Shown piece by piece: positions 54,462 to 63,700 of a stretch of 64,000 nucleotides of DNA (its first letter is position 1; the number at the start of each line of letters is the position of its first letter). The position numbers and the translations under genes were made by a program. Source of the DNA: a virus; IMG/VR virus record IMGVR_UViG_3300045988_162215; one strand, written 5' to 3'. Below the pieces are notes generated by a model. It saw only the letters and a list, made by a program, of their open reading frames with translations. It had not been told where the DNA came from and searched no databases.

Positions 54462-54884
54462 ATGGAAATTACAGCTAATGCTGCTCAATCTGTTGCAGCA
54501 AGTCAAAATGTGGTATTCACGGATACTGCTGTTCCTGGTAACTGCTCCATTATTCACAGAGAAGGTTCCGGTTTAACTAAATTGCGCGGTCTCACAACTA
54601 CGCAGTGTAGAGCTAGATTCAAGGCTACATTCGGTGGTAATATAGCAGTCCCAACAGGTGGCACTGCAGGAGCAATTTCTGTTGCTTTAACTGTAGATGG
54701 CGAGCCTGTGGGTACAACAACTATGACAGTAACTCCAGCCGCAGTAAGTGAGTATTTTAATGTAGGAGCAAGTATTTATCTTGATGTGCCTGCTGGATGT
54801 TGCTCTACTATTGGAGTAACAAACATTTCTTCTCAGGCTATTTCTGTAATAAATGCTAATCTTATAGTAGAAAGAGTTGCTTAA
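54462..54884 (+). CDS. hypothetical secreted / beta-sandwich-like protein (140 aa, T/A/G/V-rich)
   Basis: SD ggagg + ATG. Confidence 0.45.
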   Translation: MEITANAAQSVAASQNVVFTDTAVPGNCSIIHREGSGLTKLRGLTTTQCRARFKATFGGNIAVPTGGTAGAISVALTVDGEPVGTTTMTVTPAAVSEYFNVGASIYLDVPAGCCSTIGVTNISSQAISVINANLIVERVA

Positions 54885-54892
54885 GGAGGGTT

Positions 54893-55447
54893 ATGAAAAT
54901 GGATAAATACAAGAGTATGAAAGATACCTTAGTTGCTCAAGTTCAAACTCAATTAGGCAACTTAGAGAATGTTGATGCAAAAGAGCTTGGAGAGGTTGTA
55001 GATATGATCAAAGACCTTGAAGAAGCAATGTACTATTGCTCTATAACAAAAGCAATGGATGAAAGTGAGCGTCAAAAGTCTAGACAGCATTACTATTCAG
55101 AACCATATTATGGCTATGAGGGAAGAATCTCTCCAGATTATAGAGATATGGATAGAGATAAGTGGAATAGAATGTATTATGGCGGACAGCCGGTGGATGG
55201 AAACCATATGTCTAGAGGAATGGAGTCTATGGGGCGTGACCGCCGCGAAGGCAGAAGTCCTATGAGCAGACGTTCATATATGGAATCTAAAGAAATGCAT
55301 CAAGATAAAAATTATCAATTAAAAGAATTAGAAAACTATATGAAAGAGTTATCTTCTGATATTACAGAAATGATTGCAGATGCTTCTCCTGAAGAAAAAC
55401 AATTACTTAAACAAAAAATGACTACTCTTATGAGTAAGATTGTTTAA
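54893..55447 (+). CDS. hypothetical R/D/Y/M-rich protein (184 aa)
   Basis: SD aaggaggg + ATG; central YYGYEGRISPDYRDMDRD...GRDRREGRSPMSRRSY low-complexity region. Confidence 0.45.
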   Translation: MKMDKYKSMKDTLVAQVQTQLGNLENVDAKELGEVVDMIKDLEEAMYYCSITKAMDESERQKSRQHYYSEPYYGYEGRISPDYRDMDRDKWNRMYYGGQPVDGNHMSRGMESMGRDRREGRSPMSRRSYMESKEMHQDKNYQLKELENYMKELSSDITEMIADASPEEKQLLKQKMTTLMSKIV

Positions 55448-55771
55448 TTGTTTACAATAAATGGAGAAACATGGTATATAGTATTTGTTCCTTCTAATTC
55501 TTTTGTTCTTTATAGAAGTGATGGTTCTCTTAGTATCGCCATGTGTGATGACGATACTAAGACAATATATATTAGTAATCAAATAAAAGGTAATTTTCTA
55601 AGAAAAGTCCTTTGCCATGAGATAACTCATGCGGCAATGTTCTCTTATAATGTTAACCTAACTGTAGACCAAGAAGAGCTATTAGCTGACCTTGTAGCTA
55701 CTTATGGCTACGAAATTATTTACATTACAAATGAGATATTTAGAAAATTAAAATGGGAGTCTTATTATTAA
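55448..55771 (+). CDS. mini HExxH zinc-metallopeptidase-like protein (107 aa)
   Basis: Motif CHEITHAAM in the translation; TTG start abutting the upstream stop (alternative ATG at MCDDD); bidirectional terminator 55754..55787 overlaps the 3' end. Confidence 0.45.
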   Translation: MFTINGETWYIVFVPSNSFVLYRSDGSLSIAMCDDDTKTIYISNQIKGNFLRKVLCHEITHAAMFSYNVNLTVDQEELLADLVATYGYEIIYITNEIFRKLKWESYY

Positions 55772-55787
55772 GACTCCCATATTTTTA
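55754..55787. terminator. bidirectional terminator at the convergence of the structural (+) and replication (-) modules
   Basis: gggagtcttattattaagactcccatattttt; T-runs on both strands. Confidence 0.7.
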
Positions 55788-55792
55788 TTATA

Positions 55793-56284
55793 TTAAAAAG
55801 CAGATTTTTTCTTATTCCCTAAACAATAGGCATGACCAATTCCTATTGCATCAGCTTCATCATCATTAACTGTTTTATTGTAATTCTCTTTTACAAAATC
55901 AATATCTAGTTGTTTTAAGACATTTCGCGTAATACCTCTACCTGTATGGATCCCGCACTTAGCCCGCCATTCTGAGCTTGTAAAAAATTCCATTGTTAAT
56001 TTATTATGTCTATATAGCATAATGGCGATACTACCTTGTGCGTATGTTAGTGCTTTATAAACAACCGTATTATGTCCGCAAGAAGCTGGTATTGGATCTT
56101 CTACAATAACTTTATTTATTGAATCTATATCTACTTTTTCTTCTAATTCTTTTGTTATTTTTTCTATTCTCTCTAAGACAGACGCGGACGTCGCTGTGAT
56201 ACAACCAGACTGGATTAGTTCTCCCTCATCGAAAACCGCGTATCCTGTAGACCTAGTAGAGATATCTAATGCTAAAACTTTCAT
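55793..56284 (-). CDS. ruvC: RuvC-like Holliday junction resolvase
   Basis: N-terminal MKVLALDISTRSTGYAVF (RuvC motif); SD aataggaggtatgtaaATG; own consensus promoter 56310..56338. Confidence 0.7.
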   Translation of the reverse strand: MKVLALDISTRSTGYAVFDEGELIQSGCITATSASVLERIEKITKELEEKVDIDSINKVIVEDPIPASCGHNTVVYKALTYAQGSIAIMLYRHNKLTMEFFTSSEWRAKCGIHTGRGITRNVLKQLDIDFVKENYNKTVNDDEADAIGIGHAYCLGNKKKSAF

Positions 56285-56309
56285 TTACATACCTCCTATT
56301 GTTACTCTT

Positions 56310-56338
56310 ATTATATCACAAAATTTTTATCCTGTCAA
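56310..56338 (-). promoter_or_regulatory. sigma70 consensus promoter for ruvC
   Basis: Reverse complement TTGACAggataaaaattttgtgaTATAAT. Confidence 0.65.
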
Positions 56339-56433
56339 ATTAAAAATAGGAAACCTACAAAGTAGATTTCCTATTAAAAAAATTCAAAACCAATTTTCAA
56401 TTCTTAATACGAGTGTAAGCGTTCCAAGCTCAA

Positions 56434-56868
56434 TTAAGCACCCGTTGATCCAAAACCGCCTGCACCTCTAACTGTCTCAGATAATTCATTAACCTCTTCA
56501 AACTCCATTGGAATAAAAGGCATCAGCACAAGTTGAGCAATCCTCTCTCCCGGTTCAATGCATTTCGGCTCAAATGAATCATTATGGACAGCTACAATAT
56601 ATTCTCCCCGGTAGTCGGCATCGCAAACGCCAATGCAGTTAGCCGGACGGAGACCTTTCTTTGTAGCAAGACCGCTTCTAGCAAAAATTGCTCCAAAAGT
56701 ATTCTCTGGTAACTCAAAGGCTAAACCTGTGCCTACCTTAACTGTACTGTGTGGTTGAATCCAAATAGTTGACTCTGTAGCAGCATATAAGTCATAGCCA
56801 GCTGCATATTCAGAACCTCTTGTTGGAGTTTTTGCTAAATCATTTAATTTCTTAAATTTAATCTGCAT
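56434..56868 (-). CDS. dut: dUTP diphosphatase
   Basis: dUTPase motifs AAGYDLYA, RSGLATKKGL, GVCDADYRGE, GERIAQLV, RGAGGFGSTG; ATG (MQIKFKKL) with SD ggaggt (the track start is 18 nt longer). Confidence 0.85.
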   Translation of the reverse strand: MQIKFKKLNDLAKTPTRGSEYAAGYDLYAATESTIWIQPHSTVKVGTGLAFELPENTFGAIFARSGLATKKGLRPANCIGVCDADYRGEYIVAVHNDSFEPKCIEPGERIAQLVLMPFIPMEFEEVNELSETVRGAGGFGSTGA

Positions 56869-57121
56869 CTGGGAAAGAACCTCCAATCTTAAAGTCGATA
56901 TCTACAAAACTATCTGGTTCTTTTTCAGAATTAAAACAAAGAGTAGCTTTAACTAACTCATATTCTTCAATAACTTCGCCCTTCTGCTTAATTTCTTTAT
57001 GCTGATATTCAAACTTTTTAAGTTCAAATCTATTATCATTTTTAAGCTCAGTGTGCAAAGCTTCAACATCGTTTACATTTGGAACTCGAATTGTTTCTAC
57101 AATCTGTGTTAAATAATTCAT
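56858..57121 (-). CDS. hypothetical protein (87 aa)
   Basis: SD ggagatataaaATG. Confidence 0.45.
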   Translation of the reverse strand: MNYLTQIVETIRVPNVNDVEALHTELKNDNRFELKKFEYQHKEIKQKGEVIEEYELVKATLCFNSEKEPDSFVDIDFKIGGSFPDAD

Positions 57122-57132
57122 TTTATATCTCC

Positions 57133-57405
57133 TTATAAAATAGTAATTTTCAAATCATTTTTTTCAAATTCTGTTGTTACAGCTAATTCGTCCTTATATT
57201 TTTGAGCGATCGCCTGTCCGCCCATTAGCAATACTTCATCAATTTCTGGATAGTTTGAAACATAAGATTTAATTGAAGGTACTACGTCATTAATCGGTAC
57301 ATTCATTTCAGATAAAACCTTTTTACCATCTAATACTGCAACAGTATGGTTTTTTGTATATGTGCAAACATCAGCTAATATTTTCAATATGTTATAACAC
57401 CCCAA
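57133..57405 (-). CDS. hypothetical protein (90 aa; TTG start, uncertain)
   Basis: ORF track only; no convincing SD. Confidence 0.3.
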   Translation of the reverse strand: MGCYNILKILADVCTYTKNHTVAVLDGKKVLSEMNVPINDVVPSIKSYVSNYPEIDEVLLMGGQAIAQKYKDELAVTTEFEKNDLKITIL

Positions 57406-57749
57406 TCATAATCAAATAAATAATAAAGAAAATCTTCTCCATCTTTTCTTAACCAAATCTCATATTTTCCATCTTCTTGAAGAGTAATATCAGTTACTTC
57501 TCCTCGATTATGAAAACATTCAATTAAATCATTCTTAATTGAGTCTATTGTTGCTTCTCCGCTTAAATCAAAAACAGTATAGTTTCTTTTTTCATTGCTA
57601 AGAAGCATATAATAATTAGCTCGTTTTTCTTCAAGCATCCATTTTGCCATTTTATAACAAAGACGATTAAGTGCTATCCCATCATAAGGTTCGATTTGAG
57701 ACATACTTGCTTTATTGATAGAATACAAGCTCATTTCGTTATTTATCAT
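57384..57749 (-). CDS. hypothetical protein (121 aa)
   Basis: Internal ATG (MINNEMSLYS) with strong SD aaaggagaaaataaa; the track's longer start lacks an RBS. Confidence 0.45.
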   Translation of the reverse strand: MINNEMSLYSINKASMSQIEPYDGIALNRLCYKMAKWMLEEKRANYYMLLSNEKRNYTVFDLSGEATIDSIKNDLIECFHNRGEVTDITLQEDGKYEIWLRKDGEDFLYYLFDYDWGVITY

Positions 57750-57783
57750 TTTATTTTCTCCTTTTATAAAGTATAACAAAAAT

Positions 57784-57975
57784 TTATTCAAAAGTCAATT
57801 TTGTTAATGCTTCTGCTAATACCTCTGGCGGAATTTCTTTAATATTATCCTGTTTTTCATATAATAATTTTAAAAATTCATAAAAGAGATATAGCTGATC
57901 TTCTTCATCTTCAAGCATATCACAATATAAACAATAATTGTGATATGCTTTTTCCATCATTTCTTCTAAATTCAT
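57784..57975 (-). CDS. hypothetical acidic protein (63 aa)
   Basis: SD ataggagataatATG. Confidence 0.45.
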   Translation of the reverse strand: MNLEEMMEKAYHNYCLYCDMLEDEEDQLYLFYEFLKLLYEKQDNIKEIPPEVLAEALTKLTFE

Positions 57976-57983
57976 ATTATCTC

Positions 57984-60140
57984 CTATAAATGAAGAACTC
58001 TATCATGGATCTCTTGGGTTCGACCTTTGTTCCAATAGTTGACCCCAATGTATCCACAGGTCCGCCTAGCAACGTTCATTTTGTTCGTGTCAGTATTTCC
58101 ACATTGCGGACATTTCCAATACAAATTATTTGTTTCTCCTTCAAGAGTAATTTCTCCACTAAAACCACATACTTGACAATAATCTGATTTTGTATTTATT
58201 TCTGCATACATAATATTTTCATAAATAAATTGAATTACAGAAATAATTGCTTCTATATTATGTTGCATATTTGGAACTTCAATATAGCTAATTGCGCCAC
58301 CCGGAGACAGCTTCTGAAATTCTGCTTCTTTTGCAAGTTTACTAAAAGCATCAATTTTTTCTCTTACATTGATATGATAACTATTTGTAATATAGTCATA
58401 GCCTTCACTTAAATCTTCCCATTCTTTGCCAAATCTTTCTTTTAGACATTTAGCAAATTTATAAGTTGTACTTTCCAATGGTGTTCCATAAACAGAATAA
58501 TCAATATCTTCTGCTTCTTTCCATTTAGAACAAGAGTCATTTAATTTCTGCATAACAGATAAAGCGAATTTTTTTCCTTCTTCTGTTGTATGCGAAAGTC
58601 CAGTCATATATTTCGTACACTCATACAATCCTGCATAACCAAGAGAAATTGTTGAATATCCATGATATAATAGCTCGTCTATTACATCATCTTTACCAAG
58701 TCTTGCAATAGCACCATTTTGCCAAAGAATAGGCGCTGTACTAGTTGGAGTTCCTAACAATCTATCATGGCGGCAACGCAATGCCTTATGACAAAGTTCA
58801 AGTCTTTCATTTAATATATTCCAAAAATCTTCAACATTTTTCTTTGAAGAAAGTGCAACATCAGCTAAATTAAGAGTAACTACACCTTGGTTAAACCGTC
58901 CATAGTATTTGGAACCCGCGATGTAATTCTTTGCGTTTGCATAGTTTCTATCTGTTCTGTCTACTGTGAGGAATGATCTGCAACCCATGCAAGGATATAC
59001 CGCTCCGTCTTTCATATCTCTTTGAACCTTATTTGAAATATAGTCTGGAACCATTCTTTTTGCAGTACATTTAGCAGCTAATTCAGTTAAATAATAATAT
59101 TTACTTCCTGGATAAACATTCATGTCATCAAGAGCATAAATCAATTTTGGAAAAGCCGGCGTAATATAAACGCCTTTTTCATTCTTTATTCCTAAAATTC
59201 TTTGATTTAATACTTCTTCAATTACCATTGCTAAATCTTCTCTGTCTTTACCTTCTTCAACTTCGGCAAGGTTCATATAGACAGTAATAAAAGGTGTTTG
59301 CCCATTTGTTGTCATTAAAGTTAAAATTTGATATTGAATTGTTTGCACACCAGCTTCAATATCTTTTCGAACCATTTTTTCAATAACTTCTTCTGATAAT
59401 TCTGGATAAATCCTTTTAAAAGTTTTTCTTGTTTCTTCAACAAAAGGAGATAAATGAGCTAATGAAATGCTCTGTCCGCCATATTGAGAACTAGCAACCT
59501 GAGCAACGATCTGAGTTGCTACATTCGCGGCAGTTGAGAATTTATGTGGCTTATCTATCGCGGTCTTGCTTATGATAGTACCATTCTGGAGCATGTCCTC
59601 TAAGTTTATAAGACAGCAGTTATAAATAGGCTGAATAAAATAGTCTTCATCATGGAAGTGAATTATCCCTTGTCTATGTGCTTCTACGATAGCCTTTGGG
59701 AGTAGTCTTCTCTCGGATATGTCCTTGGAAACGGCGCCCGCGATATAATCTCTTACTGTTGTTGATAATTGAGAATCTTTATTAGAATTCTCTGTTGTAT
59801 AATAAGAATTAGTGTTTTTAACAATTTCATCAATTATATCATCAACAGTATTTTTTCTTGCAGCAGTTCTATTCTCCCTATAAAGCAAATAAGATTTTGC
59901 GACATCTTTTCTTTTAGTTGACATTAAGCCTTTTTCAACTAAATCTTGGATCTCTTCTATTGTTAATGGATGATCTGCTTTTTCCGCGTAATCTGCAATA
60001 TAATCTGCTATATTACCACTTTTTATTAAAGCATAGTCAGTTACTTCTTTATCGACATCTTTAAAAGCATTTAATACAGCATCTACAATTTTCATATGGT
60101 CAAAATCTACTAATCGACCATCTCGTTTAATAATTTTCAA
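57984..60140 (-). CDS. nrdD: anaerobic ribonucleoside-triphosphate reductase (class III RNR)
   Basis: C-terminal glycine-radical motif RRTCGYIGV; zinc ribbon CQVCG...CPQCG; TTG start 7 nt after SD aggagg. Confidence 0.85.
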   Translation of the reverse strand: MKIIKRDGRLVDFDHMKIVDAVLNAFKDVDKEVTDYALIKSGNIADYIADYAEKADHPLTIEEIQDLVEKGLMSTKRKDVAKSYLLYRENRTAARKNTVDDIIDEIVKNTNSYYTTENSNKDSQLSTTVRDYIAGAVSKDISERRLLPKAIVEAHRQGIIHFHDEDYFIQPIYNCCLINLEDMLQNGTIISKTAIDKPHKFSTAANVATQIVAQVASSQYGGQSISLAHLSPFVEETRKTFKRIYPELSEEVIEKMVRKDIEAGVQTIQYQILTLMTTNGQTPFITVYMNLAEVEEGKDREDLAMVIEEVLNQRILGIKNEKGVYITPAFPKLIYALDDMNVYPGSKYYYLTELAAKCTAKRMVPDYISNKVQRDMKDGAVYPCMGCRSFLTVDRTDRNYANAKNYIAGSKYYGRFNQGVVTLNLADVALSSKKNVEDFWNILNERLELCHKALRCRHDRLLGTPTSTAPILWQNGAIARLGKDDVIDELLYHGYSTISLGYAGLYECTKYMTGLSHTTEEGKKFALSVMQKLNDSCSKWKEAEDIDYSVYGTPLESTTYKFAKCLKERFGKEWEDLSEGYDYITNSYHINVREKIDAFSKLAKEAEFQKLSPGGAISYIEVPNMQHNIEAIISVIQFIYENIMYAEINTKSDYCQVCGFSGEITLEGETNNLYWKCPQCGNTDTNKMNVARRTCGYIGVNYWNKGRTQEIHDRVLHL

Positions 60141-60190
60141 TTTTCTTCCTCCTAATCAGTTAATTATGCTAAGGAAAAATATCCTATATT

Positions 60191-60757
60191 TTATTTCCAA
60201 TTATTATAAGCGAGTTTAATTTCTTTTGTCACCTGTTTCCCAATCTGCCACAATGCTCTGGTACTATCTACTGAAAAATATGGAAAAGGAATATTCTTAA
60301 AATCTTCATTATCAGCCTTATATCTTCTAATGATTTCATCACAATTTGGTTCAAATTCTCTATTTAGCTGTCTTAAAAGTCTAATTTTATTTGGCGCTTT
60401 TAATTCAATCGGATAAACAAAAATACGCTCATCTTCTATTAGACTTTTAATACCAGTAATATTTAATACACCAATATTTATGGCGTCTTCTTTCAAACAA
60501 GAGATTGGTGTTCCGTAATACCAGTTATTAAATTCACAATATTCAAGCATTTCTTTATTAAGAATTTTCTTTTGAAATTCCTCTGTTGTTATAAAATTAT
60601 ATGATAAACCATTTATTTCCTGCTCACGCGGTGGCCGCGTTGTATCTGAAATAAGTCTGTTAAACTCTGGATTCTGTGACATCACAGATGCAAGTGTAGA
60701 ATCCTTGCCCGAACCCGCAGGTCCGAACAAGGCTGCTACAAAATATTTCTCTTTCAA
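60191..60757 (-). CDS. gmk: guanylate kinase-like nucleoside-monophosphate kinase
   Basis: P-loop GPAGSGKDST; SDTTRPPRE...GLSYNFI...YGTP gmk signature; TTG start immediately after the dnaE stop, with SD gaggagg. Confidence 0.75.
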   Translation of the reverse strand: MKEKYFVAALFGPAGSGKDSTLASVMSQNPEFNRLISDTTRPPREQEINGLSYNFITTEEFQKKILNKEMLEYCEFNNWYYGTPISCLKEDAINIGVLNITGIKSLIEDERIFVYPIELKAPNKIRLLRQLNREFEPNCDEIIRRYKADNEDFKNIPFPYFSVDSTRALWQIGKQVTKEIKLAYNNWK

Positions 60758-63700
60758 TTATTCATCCTCCTCTTCAGAAGTGTTGCTACTCCAACGCTCG
60801 TGTGTTATAGCTATTTCATTACCTTTTACTTCTGTTATTTTATAAAGTTGATGACCTATTGTATTTTTATATGTTTTTCCAACGAACTGATCATCTCTTC
60901 TAAAACCTGTTATCATAAGCATAGTTCCACGCTTAAACCAAGATTTTTCTTTTACATGTTTTTTGCCATCTGGGCCAATATCAGAAATCTGCTTTTTAAA
61001 CATTGCATAATATTCTCTTGTAAACTTTACATCAACTACTCCAGAGGTAGTAAGTAATGTAATCATACTTTTTGAATCATTTTTATCAATAACAGTACCG
61101 GCAATTCTACTTAATTTATAAATAGGAATTTGTCGTTGACCTCTCTTAAAGAAATAGTCAACAGGTTCTGACTCTAATTCATTAAAATCTCTAATTCCAT
61201 ACTTATTAAAATCAATATTTGCTAACTCATGTTCTCTATGATAAAAACACAATGCATCCATTTCCCAATGAGAAACTGTTCCAAAAGCATATTTATCCCA
61301 AGCATCTTTAAAAATCTTTTGATTATAAGCTTTTAATATACTTTCTGAATTATCTTTAATCCAATTTCTAGCATTATCCATTTGCTTTTTATATATTTTA
61401 TCCCAATCAGTTTGTAAAATACAAACTACTCCATTGATAATTTGCAATTTATCACTACAATCAGAATAAAATTTGTCAAAGAATGAAATTGCTTCATTAT
61501 TGAAAGTATAATATCTACCAACCTTAAAATTTTTAAGAAACTTATTAAAATTAAAAACTCTAATTTCAAGTTCAAGCTCTTTAGGCACCAAACCCGCCTC
61601 AATTAAACCATTAAAATTCTGCAAGGTAATTCTCTTTTTAAGACCACATTCATTATAAAGATAATAACCCATAATCATCTTTCGATTACCTAAACCATTC
61701 TTCTCAATTTCATCAAAAGCACCAGCTTTAATTAAGTTAATCATCGCGGTTTTAGTTAATTTACATCTTAACATGAAATCTTTTAAACTACTATATGGTC
61801 TACCAGATTTAATTTTATCAATAACATCGTCTCCAATATTACTAATACCTTTTAATCCAAAAAGAATTTGATTATTTTCAATATCTGGCATAAATGTAAA
61901 ATCTGATTTGTTTATATCTACTAATGAAACTTTAATTCCTTTTGTTGTAATATCTCCAATAGCAGTAGCTATTTTACCATAATTAGTAGATTTTTTAATC
62001 TTCTTTTTTTCTTGATGTCCAGGCAAATCTATATAATCATATGTTTCAAAATCTTCTGGTTCGTATATATCAACAATCTCTTCTTCATGTTCTTCTTCAA
62101 GAGATCCGCTGTTTACTCTAAGACATGCAGTATCCCAAAAAATTGGATTCCAATGTGTTCCAATATATAAAGTTTGATATCCAATAAAACTGTATGCAAT
62201 GGCATGTATAACCGAGAAAGAATAACCCATCTGAGGTCCGATTCCACAATCCCATACATAAATACCAAGAGCTTTAGATTTTGCCTGTTGGAGAACTTTT
62301 TCTCTCAAAGCTGGGATCTTAGACATCTGTTTTTTACCTACAATTTTTCTCGCGGCATTCGCTTCCGCGAGGCTAAATCCACAAATATCTTTATCCATTA
62401 ACATTGTCATTAACTGCTCTTGTGAAGGTGGAACTCCATATGATTTTAAGAAATGAGGCTCAAGAGCTTTCATCTCATCTTCTGTTAAACCATATCTTCT
62501 CATTTCTTCATACCAAAGATTGATATTATTCTTAAAACGAATATATTTATCCATTGGCGTTTCCGCACCTTGTTCTGATGTCATCAATCTCATCAACCCA
62601 TTAGCATCTGCCATCTCAAGTATAGATGTTGGATGAATCTTCTTTGCTGCTTGAGATCCTACAACTGAATCAAACTGAAAAGTATCAAGAACAGTTCCTG
62701 TTTGAAGAGCATCCCAGCATTTTTTATCATCGAGTGGAAGATTCTCTGGTTGGAACATTTCGTTATATATTTCTCTTAAAGTTTTGTTCTTATCAATTTC
62801 GCCATACTGCTGAAGTAATTTAATTGCTTCAACAAGTTTATCTTGAACTGAAGTAACTAAGAAATCATATTTTGTCATACCCGCAGATTCCGCATCATGT
62901 AAATCATATTGAGTAATGACATCTCCACTTGGAGTTCTCATAAAGCAACCAAATTCAAATGGATCTTCATCAAAAAGAATTACCCCTGATGCATGAGAAC
63001 CTCTTTGCTTAATAAGACCTTCAATGGCAAACATAATATCCATTAAGCCTGGATATGTTTCTACTTCATTGACAAAAGTTGAAACTGGCTTCCTGCCTTT
63101 TTCTGTGTTTCCATATACTACATCTTTTAATGACCATAAAAATCCTCTTTCTTGTGGAACAAGAGAAGATAAATATTGAGAAGTATCAATATCAATTCCA
63201 TCTGGACACTCTTCACTTCTATATCCTCTACAAGCTGTCTGAATAGCAGACTTTGTAGTTTCCGTTCCAAAAGTCGCAATAAGAGTACATCCACAATTTG
63301 CTTTAACAATAGAAGGAATATCAGATAAGAATTTTTTACCTCTCTCTTTTTTTATTTCATTTAAGATGCGCGGACGCTTTGAAGGACACAAATCTAGATC
63401 TATATCTCCTAATTCTGTACGCTCTTTGTTGAGATATCTCCAGAATGGAAGTTTCCATTTTAATGGATCAAGCTGTGTGATACCAAGTAAATAGTGATTT
63501 AATCCTGAACAAGAAGAACCTCTTCCCGCGCCAACCATACTTCCGCATTCCCAAAATAAATCAACATAATGTTGAAGTGTTACTGGATATGCAAACATAT
63601 TAGTTTCAAGCTTTTCTCCTATTGTTTTCTTAATATCCGCTTCATATTCAAGTCTATCAAGATAATCCATTCCTTCATTAGCTAAATCATAAGTAGTCCA

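Noticed and set aside
57133-57791. NrdG activase among the small ORFs next to nrdD
   Set aside because: None of the 57133..57405, 57384..57749 or 57784..57975 translations contains the CxxxCxxC radical-SAM motif.
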